DNA from: Malacoraja senta
Taxonomy: Eukaryota
DNA: 64,000 bases
Assembly (NCBI GenBank): GCA_038087875.1
Contig: CM075989.1
Location: 8,682,001-8,746,000 of the forward strand
Direction of reading: 5' to 3'
The stretch's first letter is position 1, and the number at the start of each line of letters is the position of its first letter. Shown here piece by piece: positions 25,101-37,417 of this stretch. Below the pieces are notes generated by a model. The model saw nothing but the letters and a program-made list of their open reading frames with translations. It was not told the DNA's origin and did no database searches. The position numbers and the translations under genes are program-made.

Positions 25101-27659
25101 CAACACTGCGCCGCCGCCTGTGTTGGTGCGTAAACACTACCAGTGATGGGTGTAGGCGAATGAGAGAGAATCGCTTCATTACGATGGTCATCGAGGGAAC
25201 ATTTGGCAGCCCAGAATGGGTTGTGACCTCCAGCGCTCACTACTGACCAACACAACACACCCTCCCACCGACTAATGGAGAACATTTAATTGCAGCCAAA
25301 GAACCTGAGGCTCATTTGAATTATGCTGCTCATACTGAAATGACATTGTATAAACATCTCACAAACATTTAACGTAATTATAGGTATTAGAAGTAAATTA
25401 TATCATGCCATCTGTTTTAAATTGCCTATTGACAATTCTGAATGATTGGTATTGACTGTGGTTTAAATATGCACTTGGTGTCATTGTAAAATGCAGAGGG
25501 CAAAACCTAATGCAAGTTTCACATTGCCCTACAAGCTGAATGACCCCTAGAGTAATACGACTCGGCCTAAAGAATAATTAGTGACATACAAGGTCTCTCA
25601 GTCTTGCTTTAGGCCCCTACAGTTATTGATGGGTTGGATTAGGTTTCTAATTGAAAACTTAACTTTGAGTGCCAAGAAATAATGTAGAACTGTGAGTGGC
25701 ATATTAAATGTTAATATTATTATTATATTGTAGTTCAGTTAAGGTAAAGCTGCCTGTGCCTAGCAATCCACTTAGTCAATGGTTTTCCTTACAAGTGAGA
25801 TTCCTACAAAAATGATTTTAAATTATTTTTCCCCATATTGTATCAAAATGCATTGTATTACTGATGTATCTTTGGAGTTAATATTTGGTTTTTAATCCTT
25901 GGTGTGAGATTTCAGAGTTGCTTTAATCCAGGCTAACATTTGATACTTGCTTCACAATCGTGCATCTGAACCAAGTTTGGATGATGCTTCCTGTTTGTTT
26001 AATCTTATATAGTACAGCCAGCTTCAATTTTATTTTTCTTTAACTCCTCGCACTTTAAGATCAGTTTGAACATCAGGTAAAAATCAATTGTACGAAGGGG
26101 AATAAAAATTTAAATCGTGCTGTTACCTCCACTGACCCAACTTTTATTATAAACTTCATTCAAATTTTAAACCTGAAAATGTATGCTTGTTAAATTTCCA
26201 ACAATAATGCTAGTAAATTGTTAAACGGAAAAAAATAATGTTGGAAATGCTCAATAGTTTGGACAGCATCTGTGGAGAAAGGAGCAACGTTCATATTTCA
26301 GATCATCAATATAAAATGTTAACTTTCTCGTGCCACAGGTGTTGTCTGACTTGACTTTAGATTTCCAGCATCTGCTGTATTTTGCTATTATTGGTGAATG
26401 ATTTGGGACTTAAAAAAAAAAAGCAGGTGTAGGTGATGTCAACCCTTGTGCTTATTCCATTCAATCAGTTTGTGGCTGAATTTTTTTCTAGTGCAGCACC
26501 TTTTTCCTGCACTTATCCCTTGGCAGCCTTAATATCTAATATCTTTATAATATACTATCTAATATCTAATACTGTCGCAATATTTACACATTTGAGAAAC
26601 ACGGGTACATGAATAGGACGGGGTTGGAGGGATGTGGGTCAAATGCAGTCAGGTGGGACTAGTGTAGATGGGACATGTTGGTCGGTGTGAGCAGGTTGGG
26701 CCGAAGGGCTTGTTTCCACGCTGTAAGACTCTATGACTATCTTGAATATGCTCAACAAGTCCCACAGTTCCAAACAGCCACTAACCTGTGGGTGAGGAAG
26801 TGTCTTGTCATCTCCTTGAATAATCTGCTTACTTTGATACTGTGATTCTTGGTTCTGACACTCCAAACAAGGGAAAACATCAACCCTGCATCTACCCAGC
26901 CAAGGCCTGAAAGAATTTAGCAATTTCTGTTTAAATTAGATCATCTCCCATTCTTAACTCAAGGTTGTGACTTCTGCAATATACTCTGCAGTCTGTGGGA
27001 ATGATACAAGAATCTATGGAAGGTGACAACACATGTATCCACCACATCCTTAACTCCATCTAAGATTCAGAGCATCATGTCCTGGGTATTAACTCTCAAT
27101 TGAATTTCTCCAATTCGTTAATTTCTCCAATCCTCTTTGATAATTATTGCAAGCTGACGAAAGTGGTGAGGGTGTAGGAAGGAACTGCAGATGCTGGTTT
27201 ATACCAAAGATAGACTCAGTGGCTCAGGCAGCATCTCTGTAGAAAAAGAATAGGTGACGCTTCAAGTCTGCAGATGTGATGATCCCTTCAGTCTGAAGAA
27301 GGGTTCCAACCCAAAAGATGCAAGGGTGTTTTGTTTGAAGATAGGTGACACTTGATTGTATAGACACTGAGAGTGCCTGAACAGTTTTTGGTTTGTATAT
27401 TTTTATTCTGAATTAATGTGTTTTTTTTTTGGGGGGGGGGGGAATGCAAACTGCTGAACCAATCATTGGTCAAGCTAGTGAGCTTGAAAGTTGATTTTAA
27501 AAAACCCATAGATCTAATTATCTACATTCCAAAGTTTTTAAGTTGATGGATTTAAAGACATTGGATGCTCTGTCGATGAGAGTAGCAAAATGTAGCCCCT
27601 CTATTTAATTAACAAAGGTGAAATACGGCAGCAACTACCAAACTTGGTCTCATGTCTGA

Positions 27660-29200
27660 GGTAGTGAAAATACTGGGATATATAATAGAAATTGTAATAA
27701 CAAGATATCTTAAAGAAAAATAGGATTGAGCAGGATGATCATGGATTTACGAGATGGAAATAGTGTTGGACTAATCTACAGGAGGTCTTGGAGGATGTGA
27801 TCGAAGCAACTGATTAGGGGGAACCAGTCAATGTGATGTATTTGGACTTGTAGAAACATTTTGATCAAGTCCAACACAGGAAAATGGTCAGCGACACATG
27901 GAATTAGGCGTAGAAGGAGAATTGGTTACTGGACAAAAGGATAAGAGTGGGAATAAATAGACCATGTCCAGCTTGTCAGGCTGTAAGGTGGGGATACAGT
28001 AGGATTGGTGGCTAGGGCCCAGCTATTCATAATCAACATCAGTGATTTGGCTAAGGGGACCAAGTTTAATATATCTAATTATGGTAACAAATTACAAAAC
28101 AGGAATATGGACAAGCTGAGTATATTGAAGAGAATGGGGCTGATGGAATATAATATAGAAAAATGTGAGGACATCTTCTTTGAAAACTAAAAAAGCAGAG
28201 TAATTGTTATATTAATCCTATGATTAATAGGGCAGCACAGTGGCAAAGCAGTAGAGTTGCTGCCTTACAGTGCCAGAGAACCGGGTTCGATCCTGACTAT
28301 GGGTGCTGTCGTACGGAGTTTGTACATTCTCCCTGTGACCGTGTGGGATTTCTCCAGGTGCTCCAGTTTCCTCCCACACTCCAAAGGCATACAGGTTTGT
28401 AGGTTAGTTGGCTTCGGTAAAATTGTCCCTTGAGTGTAGGACCGTGCTAGTGTATGGGGATCATTGGTCAGCATGCACTCGGTGGGCCGAAGGGCCTGTT
28501 TCTGCGTTGTATCTCTAACGTCTAAAGATAAGAGATTGGGTTGCGATGTTGATCAAAATGAACTGCATGTGCTTGTGAGCCAGTGACTGAATGCCAACTT
28601 GCAGGCACAGCAGACAGTGAGAAGGTTAAATGGTATATTAGCTTTCCATAACGAGGGCTTGATTACAAGAGTCAGGAAGTCTTACTGCAATAATGTAAGC
28701 TCTAGGTAAGACGGCACCTAAGGTGGTATTGTGTGCAGTTTTGGTGTCCTTACCCAAGCAAGGATGTACTTGCCGGAGATGGAGTGCAGGAGAGATATAT
28801 AGACTGGTTCCAGGGGTGGCACGTTTTGCTGGATTAGGCGAGAGTGATGAATCTGGACTGTACACTTGGGTTTGAAGAATGTGAGAAGATCTCATTGAAA
28901 CTCGGGAATTTTGAGAGGTTGACAGGCTGGATACTGAGAGAATGTTTCCCATACTGAGGAGTCTAGAAGCAGGAGGTATGATTTGACAATAAGGGAGAGG
29001 TCCTTTAGGAAGGTTATAGAGAAATAGAGTATTTAACATTTGGTGAACATTCGGTATTGTCTATTCTAAGGGTCTCTGGAGACTTGTTTGCTGTCTTCAT
29101 TAAAAACAAGATCAATAGATTTCTGCATATCGAGAGGTGAAAAAGATCGGGATAATGCTGGGAAATAGAGCAAAGTAAGATCAGCCATGATCTTGCTAGA
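27660..29200 (+). mobile_element. Old, degenerate CR1 ORF2 (RT region), interrupted by a SINE at 28229-28527
   Basis: Decayed motifs resembling QHGF...CLTNL, VDVxYLDFxKAFD, LFxIxIxDL and RxHLEYCVQFW across shifting frames. Confidence 0.7.
28229..28527 (+). mobile_element. HE1-like SINE inserted into an old CR1
   Basis: Full head, core and tail. Confidence 0.82.
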
Positions 29201-29226
29201 TAGCAGAGCAAGCTGGAAGAAGCAAC

Positions 29227-29415
29227 AGAAGACACAAAGTGCTGGAGTAACTCAGCAGGCCGGGCAGCATCTTTGGAGAACATGCATAGGTGATGTTTCA
29301 TAAGAGTCTTGACCCGAAAGGTCACCTATCCATGTTCTCCAGCTGCCTGACCTGCTGAGTTACTCCAGCACTTTGTCGATTTTTGTAAACCAGCAGCTGC
29401 AGTTCCTTGTTTCTA
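29227..29415. mobile_element. Inverted pair of Penelope-terminal repeats
   Basis: Imperfect palindrome; degenerate TSD CAAGCTGGAAGAAGCAAC / CAAGCCGGAAGAACAAC. Confidence 0.72.
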
Positions 29416-29788
29416 CAAGCCGGAAGAACAACATGGCTTGTGTTCTCATTTCTTTGAGCTCATTCACTCCAGACTAGTGGATCTCGACATTTTGTGGGAG
29501 GTCTTTTGTAATGTATGGGAAGACTGACACCAATTATGTGTTTAATTTCTCTGCTGTTTGTTTGCTCCTCATTATAACTTCTCCCCTGTGTGTCAACCAT
29601 TGTCGATAAGGTGAGCCTAGAAAACATAATTTCAGAATGGGTTTCAGTTGCTAAAGTATAAATAAAGTCTGTGACAAAATTTACTTGGACAAATAATCCA
29701 TTGCAGGATCAGCACCAACTAACCAGCAGAGTAATTTTCAGTTTGATGTCTGCTGTGCTGAGACTGGTAATATGAGCGACTGCAGATC

Positions 29789-30192
29789 GGGTGGCACAGC
29801 TGGTAAGAGTTGCTGCCTCCCAGTGCCAGAGACCCAGGTTTGATCCTGACTTCAGGAGCTGTCTCTGTGGAGTTTGCACGTTCTCCGAGTGGTTTTCCTC
29901 CGTGGGCTCCGGCTTCCTCCCACATCCCAAATACGAGTGGGTTTCCAGGTTAATTGCCCCGAGTGCATAGGGAGTAGGTGAGAAAGTAGGACAACAATCA
30001 TCCTTGTTGTGCAGAAAGCAAATGTAGATGCTGGTTTACACCGAAGATAGACATAAAATGCTGGAGTCACTCGGCGGGACAGGCAGCATCTCTGGAGAAA
30101 AGGAATAGGTGATGTTGCGGGTGATGGGACTCGTGGACTTGGTAGGCCAAAGGGCCAGTTTCCAAGCTGTATCCCCCGAAAAACTATAACTA
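29789..30192 (+). mobile_element. HE1-like SINE interrupted by a Penelope-terminal repeat (~30005-30122)
   Basis: SINE head/core to ~29995; tail resumes at ~30123. Confidence 0.72.
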
Positions 30193-30699
30193 AGATGCTG
30201 AAATGTTGATCAAAACACAAATTACTGGAGGAACTCGGTGGGTCAGGCAACATCTGGTGGAAGGAATGGACAGAGGACGGTTCGGTTGGCAGAAGGGTCC
30301 CAACCAAAAGCGTCATCTGTTCGTTCCCTCCCCAGATGCTGCTTGACCCACTTTGTGTGTGCTCCTAGTGTCAGGAACTCTTCCGTGGCACTTACTGCAT
30401 TCAGCCAGCAGAGGGGACAGCAGCCTGCCTGTGCTTGGAAAACCTTTGCATTGCAACCAGAAGAGGGCAGTGTGATCCTTCAGTCTCGTTGAACTCTCCA
30501 ATTGCAACCTCACCCATGTTGACAATTACATTCTGATGAACTCTCTATTTCTGCTTATGGGTGGGTACCTTATATAGAACTTGGCGATCTTAACCTGCTT
30601 TACGATCAGAATCAAATGTGTGTTTTGCAATGAATTGTAGAATGGCCATGGTCTGAATTGATGCCATTTGAGTTCCTACCAGCTCTAAAGAAGAACAAT

Positions 30700-31545
30700 C
30701 CACAAAGTCACCTTCCACCCCACCAGCCGTTGCATACAGCACATAATCCTCTGACATTATCGCCACCCCCACCACCACTAGTTACATCCTCCCATCTCCA
30801 CCCCTTTCCGCAGGGGCCGTTCCCTCCGCAACTCCCAGGTCAACTCATCCCTTCCCGCCCTTGTACCCCCTCCCACGACTCCGTCCAGGGACACAGACAG
30901 TCCTTCCAGGTGAGACAGAGGTTCACTTGCACCTTCTCTAACCTCATCCACTGCATCCGGTATTCCCGACATGGGCTCCTGTACATCGGCAATACCAAGC
31001 GTAGACTCGATGACCGTTTCACTGGACGTGCACGCTCGGTCTGCCATGGACTACGTGATCTCCCGGTTGGTGACCATTTTAACTCCACTTTCCATTCCCA
31101 CGCTGACCATTTTGTCCTGGGCTTCCCCCATTGCCAGACTGAGGCCACACGCAAATTGGGGGAACAGTGTTCGCTTGTGCAGCTTACAACCCAGCAGTAT
31201 GACCACTGAATTCTCTAATTTTAAGTAACTTCCCTCCCCCCTCGTTTGCACTCTTCTCTCCACCCCCCCCCCCCCTCCTCCACTAAAGGTTGGTTAACCA
31301 GTTCCACAGTTGGCAACCATGTATCCCTCTTGGGATCACACCTTCCCAAGCCAACAATTGGCCTGTCAGGGAACCACCTTGCCTGAGATTATCTGTTGCC
31401 ATCCCAGATTTGTCCTGGTCTTTTCTTATTCCCAGTCTCCCCCTCCCCCCTCCAATCAGTCTGAAGAAGGGTCCCAACCTGAAACCTCACCTATCCATTT
31501 TCTCCAGAGATGCTGCTTGGACCCGTTAAGTTACTTTGTGTCCGC
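30700..31545 (+). mobile_element. Penelope-like element 3' fragment: GIY-YIG endonuclease remnant + 3' UTR + terminal repeat with hammerhead-like core
   Basis: ORF 30658-31209 contains FQVRQRFTCTFSNLIHCIRYSRHGLLYIGNTKRRLDDRF...VGDHFNS; CTGAAGAAGGGTCCCAACCTGAAAC at ~31461-31485. Confidence 0.85.
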
Positions 31546-32267
31546 GTTGAAAAGTGTTTCCATCTGCACTAAATTCTGCTTCTGGTTCTGTGCTCTTTCC
31601 TTCCTGATTTATGCCTCCCAAGATCACAATGTTGAAACCGTTTCATGAAGCCAGCAGTGGACAGTAGAATTTCAATGCCTCTTGTTCCATCTTCAGAATT
31701 CTGAATCCAAATCTGTCGAGACGGTTTCTTGGTTCTAAATCCACTTGGCTATCATTGATGTATATAAATAATGGAAAAGCTGTCTCGGTCATACATGCAG
31801 CCAACAATATCTTTCTATTTGCAATTTCTTGCTCTCTACAAGTGGCACAGTGGAGCGGCTAGTAGAGTTGTTGCCTCACAGCGCCGGGGACGGAGTTCAA
31901 TGTCTGTGTCTCTGTCTCTGTGTGTGTCTCTGTCAGCCAGCAGCTGGACACACTTCCCATGGGCGTAGTCATCAGGAACACTGGAGGATTCCCTGCTCTC
32001 CCACACCCTGCAAGGGGAGCAGACCACTGCCATCATGACTGAACTAAGCCAAAATAAGCGAGGGTAACAAGACCTTACTTTATCTGAGAAACATAGAACT
32101 GCAGATGCTAGTTTACAAAAAATGACACAAAGTACTGGAGTAACCCAAAGCGGGTCAGGCAGCATCCCTGGAGAACATGGCAAGGTAACATGTTGGTACG
32201 GAACCCTTCTTCAGACTGATTCTAGGTGGGAAGCCTGACCTAAAGAACATGGTTGGGTCCACTCCTA

Positions 32268-32621
32268 TAAGGTATAGGAGTAGAATTAGGTCATTTGGTC
32301 CATCAAGTCTACTCTGCCATTCAATCATGGCTGATCTATCTCTCCCTCCTATTCCTATTCTCCTGCCTTCTCCCCATAACATCTGACACCTGTTCTAATC
32401 CAAAATCTATCTATCTCTGCCTTAAATCTATCCACTGACTTGGCCTCTACAGCCTTCTGTGGCAAAGAATTTCAGATTCACAACCCTCTGACTAAAGAAA
32501 TTTCTCATCTCCTTCCTAAAAGAACGTCCTTTAATTCTAAGGCTATGACCTCTAGTCCTAGACTCTCCCACTAGTTGAAACGTCCTCTGCACATCCACTC
32601 TATCCAAGCCTTTCACTATTC
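32268..32621 (-). mobile_element. CR1-type LINE 3' fragment
   Basis: IVKGLDRVDVQRTFQLVGESRTRGHSLRIKGRSFRKEMRNFFSQRVVNL. Confidence 0.85.
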
Positions 32622-33571
32622 TGTGTTCAGCCTCCTCGTTGAAGCCTCTTAAGCCCAAGCCCCGGCACTTGCCCTCAATCACAGCCCTTCACCCCCGGTA
32701 CAGTAACTCCCACTAACGGCCTCTCCACAGTGGCCGCTCCCCCAATACCTGCCTTCCTTTCACGCACCGCCTTTCACTCCTGGAAACTAACGACTGTTTT
32801 CAAATCTCCTACGCCCATCCCTACTTTCAGCTCCACCTTCACTGCTGAGTGAGACTTGCCCGTCCTCATTCCAACAGCTGTTTACAGGATTCTCGAGGCC
32901 ATTCATCCTCTCAGCCATAATAACATTCCCAAATCCCATCCCACACTCTCAACCATCTTGGGCTCTGCGGGTTTTTTCAGCGTGGTGAACGTGTGTGTCT
33001 TGCACGACTCTGTAACTGTGATTATGCTTCACGTTAATTCATTATATATGAGGTGCTCTGACACGATGAGGCTCTAATTGACTGGGCCTTCCTTTGCCTG
33101 CTGATGAACTTGGCGTTAATGAGTTCCATTAGGAAACCTTCCTGTGCATCACATCGAGCAGTAAATGGAATGTAAACAAGATGGATCACAAATGGGGTGT
33201 GTTAAAAATGGGTTGTGTAAAATGCAATACGTTGTTGCCCGTTGCCTGTTATGTGGCGATTCTGCATTCCTTGGCTATGTAAAACAAGGAATATCACCGT
33301 ACCTTGTCACATGTGACAAGAAAGTATCATTCATTCATAAAGACACGGCACACACAGACACCTCCCATCGTTCACTGTGATTGTGATTTAACAGCCCCGG
33401 GCAGTGGCCACCTCATTATGGGGGCGGGCAGTGTTAGGATGGCCAATGGTTTAGGATTTGGGCTTCGAGGTCAAGGTCGGGGAGACTCGACTCAGAGAGC
33501 CCCTGAAGCTGTTATAAACCAGCGACATCACAGTCACTGCTGGAACTCAGCAATAAAAGCACAAACACTGG

Positions 33572-33811
33572 CCCTTTGGTGAGTCCGCACACTAACACTA
33601 TCCTACACGCTAGGGACAATTTACAATTATACCAAGCCAATTAACCTACAAACCCGTACGTCCTTGGAGTGTGGGAGGAAAACGAAGATCTCGGAAAAAA
33701 CCCAAGCGGTCGCGGGGAGAAGGTACAAACTCCGTACAGACAGCACCCGAGTCAGGATTGAACCCGGGTCTCTGGCGCTGTGAGGCAGCAACTCTACCGC
33801 TGCGCCACCGT
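33572..33811 (-). mobile_element. HE1-like SINE
   Basis: Same family, CpG-rich. Confidence 0.8.
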
Positions 33812-34159
33812 GTGAAATGAAAAGTCATCTCAACACCAAGGGAGACCGTTAATTCAACAATAAATTATTCAGCTTGGTATAAATGACTCATTCCATAGTT
33901 TAAGTTATATCTGTATGGCAGACTTTTCTATTAAAACTGGCATGAACCAAGTTGGCAACCACTAAAATCTAACATGTCAGGATTTGTAGTACAGGATTTG
34001 CAGAATTTGATTTTCATGTCAAGCATAACTTCCTCCTGTTTTGTTGACAAATGCTAATCATATAGTGTTAGAGTCATACAGCGTGGAAACAGGCCCTTCG
34101 GCCCAACTTGCCCACGCCGCCCGACATGCCCCATCTTCACTAGTCTTCACGCTGCCTCG

Positions 34160-34620
34160 GGATGACCACCAGCATAATTAAGGACGAGTCGCACCCTGGC
34201 CCCTCCCTCTTCTCCCCACTCCCATCAGGCAACAGGTATAGAAGTGTGAAAACGCACACCTCCAGATTCAGGGACAGTTTTTATCAGGGAACTGACCCAC
34301 CCTACCAACAACTAGAGAGGACTCCTGAACTATTTATTATCTACCTCATTGGAGACCCTCGGATTATCTTTGATCGGGCTTTACAAGTTTTAATTTGCAC
34401 TAAACATTATTCACGTTATTCCATTGATCATGTATCTGTACACTGTGGATGGCTCAATTGTAATCATGTAATTGTCTTTCCGCTGACTGCTTAGTTCATA
34501 GATTCTAGGAGCAGAATTAGGCCATTCGGCCCATCAGGTTTACTCCGCCACTCCACTTCGCACGCAACAAAAGCTTTTCACTGTACCTTGGTACACATGA
34601 CAGTAAACTAAACTCAAACT
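34160..34620 (+). mobile_element. Rex1/Babar-like LINE 3' fragment (with a small CR1 tail inserted)
   Basis: SIIKDESHPG..LFSPLPSGNRYRSVKTHTSRFRDSF resembles the Rex1-type ORF2 C-terminus; TAAAC/TCAAAC tail; related copy on the minus strand at 54377-55105. Confidence 0.7.
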
Positions 34621-34998
34621 AGTCCCACCTGCCTGTATTTGGCACATATCTCTCTAAACCTTTCCTATCCATGTACCTGTCTAAATGCTTCTTAAACGAC
34701 ACAATATAAGATCCATTTTCTCTTCCAACCACAACAACATTGGGACAGTTCCACAGGTGCTGATGGTGCCCCAGGTCTTCACCCAGTGGCTGGTTGGGCT
34801 TGCTCGGTGAGAGTTGGTCAACCTTTGGCACCCTGAGTGGGTCGGAGTCAGTTCTTGCCCAACATCTATCTCCTCATCGGCATTGTCTGAGGCAGATGGT
34901 GTTCGGGTCTGTTCTTCTTCTTGCGTATGGCGTGTACAGCCTAAAGTTGTAGGACAACTTGTTCTATTTGATTTTATTTGATTTTATTTGATTGTGCA

Positions 34999-35574
34999 TG
35001 TTAGGCGCTTTCCCCCCCTGGTGAATGCTATGTACTTACCTTTCTCTGTTTCTTTCCCGAGTGCAGGCCTTGTGGCTGTGAGTCTGGAATCAAGGGGTTA
35101 AAAGGCTCCTGTACCCGATTGGCCAAGCTGCGTCAGGTGACGGGTGACTCATCTGAAGCTTAAATAACAGAACTTCCCAGGATTCTCTCTTCGTCGACCC
35201 TGACTTGTGAGCTGACTGCTGGAGTGAGCTGCGGAAGGCCTGGCCACATGGCATAGAACTTTGTGTACTTTCACAATTAATTAGTAACAAATATTGAATT
35301 GGGACGGATAAGGGCTGACCTTAGTGTTTTCGTGTATTTTGTTTCAGGGTTATATCTTTTTAGGCAGGTTTTAGAGTCTAGTTCGACGGTCCATCACGTG
35401 GCTGGCTGGAGCACCGTTAAATCTTTTGTCAGTCCATCCATATCCCTGACTGGGTTGTTTGAATCAGGTTTGGGTTTTGTGTTCCATTGAGTAATTAAAC
35501 TATTTTTGAACTTGAACCTGGTTCTTGAGTTATGTTACGCGGCTCTGAAGTACCTGCATTCGAGAGTCGTAACA
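34999..35574 (+). repeat. 5' LTR (576 bp)
   Basis: Begins TGTTAGGCGC, ends GTCGTAACA; direct repeat of 40353-40936. Confidence 0.96.
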
Positions 35575-35577
35575 AAA

Positions 35578-35590
35578 TGGGGGCTCGTCC
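35578..35590 (+). promoter_or_regulatory. Primer binding site complementary to the 3' end of tRNA-Pro
   Basis: TGGGGGCTCGTCC 3 nt after the LTR; equals the first 13 nt of the classical tRNA-Pro PBS (TGGGGGCTCGTCCGGGAT). Confidence 0.9.
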
Positions 35591-35739
35591 TAAGTTTTGA
35601 GGACCCTAGATGTTTTTGGTTTATTTTTGGTAGGCTTCTGGTGACTGAGGAAGTCTGTGTTGTGAGGGAAATTTTTCTTCCCTGTTTGTGGTAGCATTGG
35701 TGCCATGGGTTTATCTGGTGGTTTGATGCTACATTTGAT

Positions 35740-37417
35740 ATGGAGTTTAAAGGGAAGGACTTTATTGAGGCTCCTAGTCGGGAGTTGTTTGATAAATGTA
35801 CGAAGGAGCATTTGATTTTTCTGGCAGAGAACTATGAAGTGCCTATTAACCCACATTCAAAGAAACAGTCCATTAAATCGGTGTTGTGGGCTGTGTTGGT
35901 GGAGGGTGGGGTTTTGCCTGGCTGTGCAGATAGTCCCACACCTTCTGTTCAGCCTGGTCAGGACATGGAGGCAGTCATTAGGTTGAAGGAGTTAGAGCTG
36001 GCTAGAGCAGAGATTCAGCTGCGTGAGGCAGGGATTAGGCTGCGGGAGAAGGAATTGGATGCCTCCCGGGTTTCTTCTAGGGAACGGGAGTTTGATATGA
36101 GCAAGAACATCCGCCTGGTTCCCCCCTTTAGTGAGAAGGATGTGGATAAGTTTTTCACAGTGTTTGAACGGGTGGCTGTGTCCTTGAAGTGGCCTAGGGA
36201 CGTGTGGACCTTGCTATTGCAGTGTGTCCTTGTGGGTAAGGCACGGGATGTGTACTCGTCTTTGTCTGTTGAAAGCAGCCTGGACTATGAGAGTGTGAAG
36301 TCTACAGTATTAAGGGCTTATGAATTAGTTCCAGAGGCGTACCGGCAGAAATTCTGGCGCTTTAGGAAGTTTGATAGTCAGACTTATGTGGAGTTTGCTA
36401 GGGAGAAGGAGGCAGTTTTTGACAGGTGGTGCGCTTCTCAAGGAGTGAAGGATGAAAGGCAACTGCGGGCCTTGATGATTATGGAAGACTTTAAGAACTG
36501 TCTGCCTGAGAGGGTTGCTACTTACCTTAATGAGCAGAAGGTGAATGAGGTGTCTAAGGCCGCGGTGTTGGCAGATGAGTATGTATTGACTCATAAAACT
36601 GATTTTGTTGGGCGCTCCTATAGTTTTGGTGCACGGCCGGTTGATCGTGGTGGTGTCGCCGGTGGCAGTGTCAAAGGTGTTTCTGTGCCTGCAAGTGGCA
36701 GCATGTTGATACAGGGGGAGGTCCGAGCTGATAAGGTTGACGGAAATTTGAGGACTAACGAAGGTCCTGTGTGCTACTATTGTGGAGGGAGAGGGCACAT
36801 GTTAAAGGCGTGTCCCGTTCTGAAGCAGAAAAATGCAAAGCCTGTGGCTTTGGTGGGTACGCAGAGGGCACCTGTGGTACCTGAGGTGCCTGAGTCTGAT
36901 GAGTGTAGGAATTATTCTGCGTTCATCATGAATGGTTTTGTTGCTCTGGAGGATGGGGGTGAGAGAGTTCCAGTATCCATCTTGCGTGATACTGGTGCTA
37001 CTCAGTCCTTTATATTGGAGAGTGTACTGCCGATTTCTGGGGAATCATCGGTTGGGTCAAGTGTTCCCTGTGGTAGGATTCGGGATGGATGACATGGTAG
37101 TGCCTTTGCATACCGTGAGTCTCGAGTCCGAGTTGGTTTCAGGCCGGGTAACTGTTGGGTTACGGACATGTTTTCCCGTTGGGGGAGTTTCTGTAATTTT
37201 GGGGAATGACTTGGCAGGAGGTAGAGTTTTAGTTACTCCTGAGGTGACGGCTGTTCCGATGGTGCAGAGTCCTGATAGATTGGCTATGCAGCATCCGAGG
37301 GTCTTCGCAGCTTGTGCTGTCACGAGGGCTATGGCTAAGAGCCAGGCGAAGTTTGAGGATGTAGTGGACATGAGTGAGAGCATTTTGGGGCTCAGGATGA
37401 GGGATCCTGTGTTGTGA
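35740..37417 (+). pseudogene. gag-pro: Gag (SCAN-like capsid CTD, CCHC knuckle CYYCGGRGHMLKAC) + aspartic protease (LRDTGA), with a frameshift at ~37067
   Basis: ORF 35740-37092 plus continuation in the 36932-37417 frame (VVGFGMDDMVVPLH...ILGNDLAG). Confidence 0.9.
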
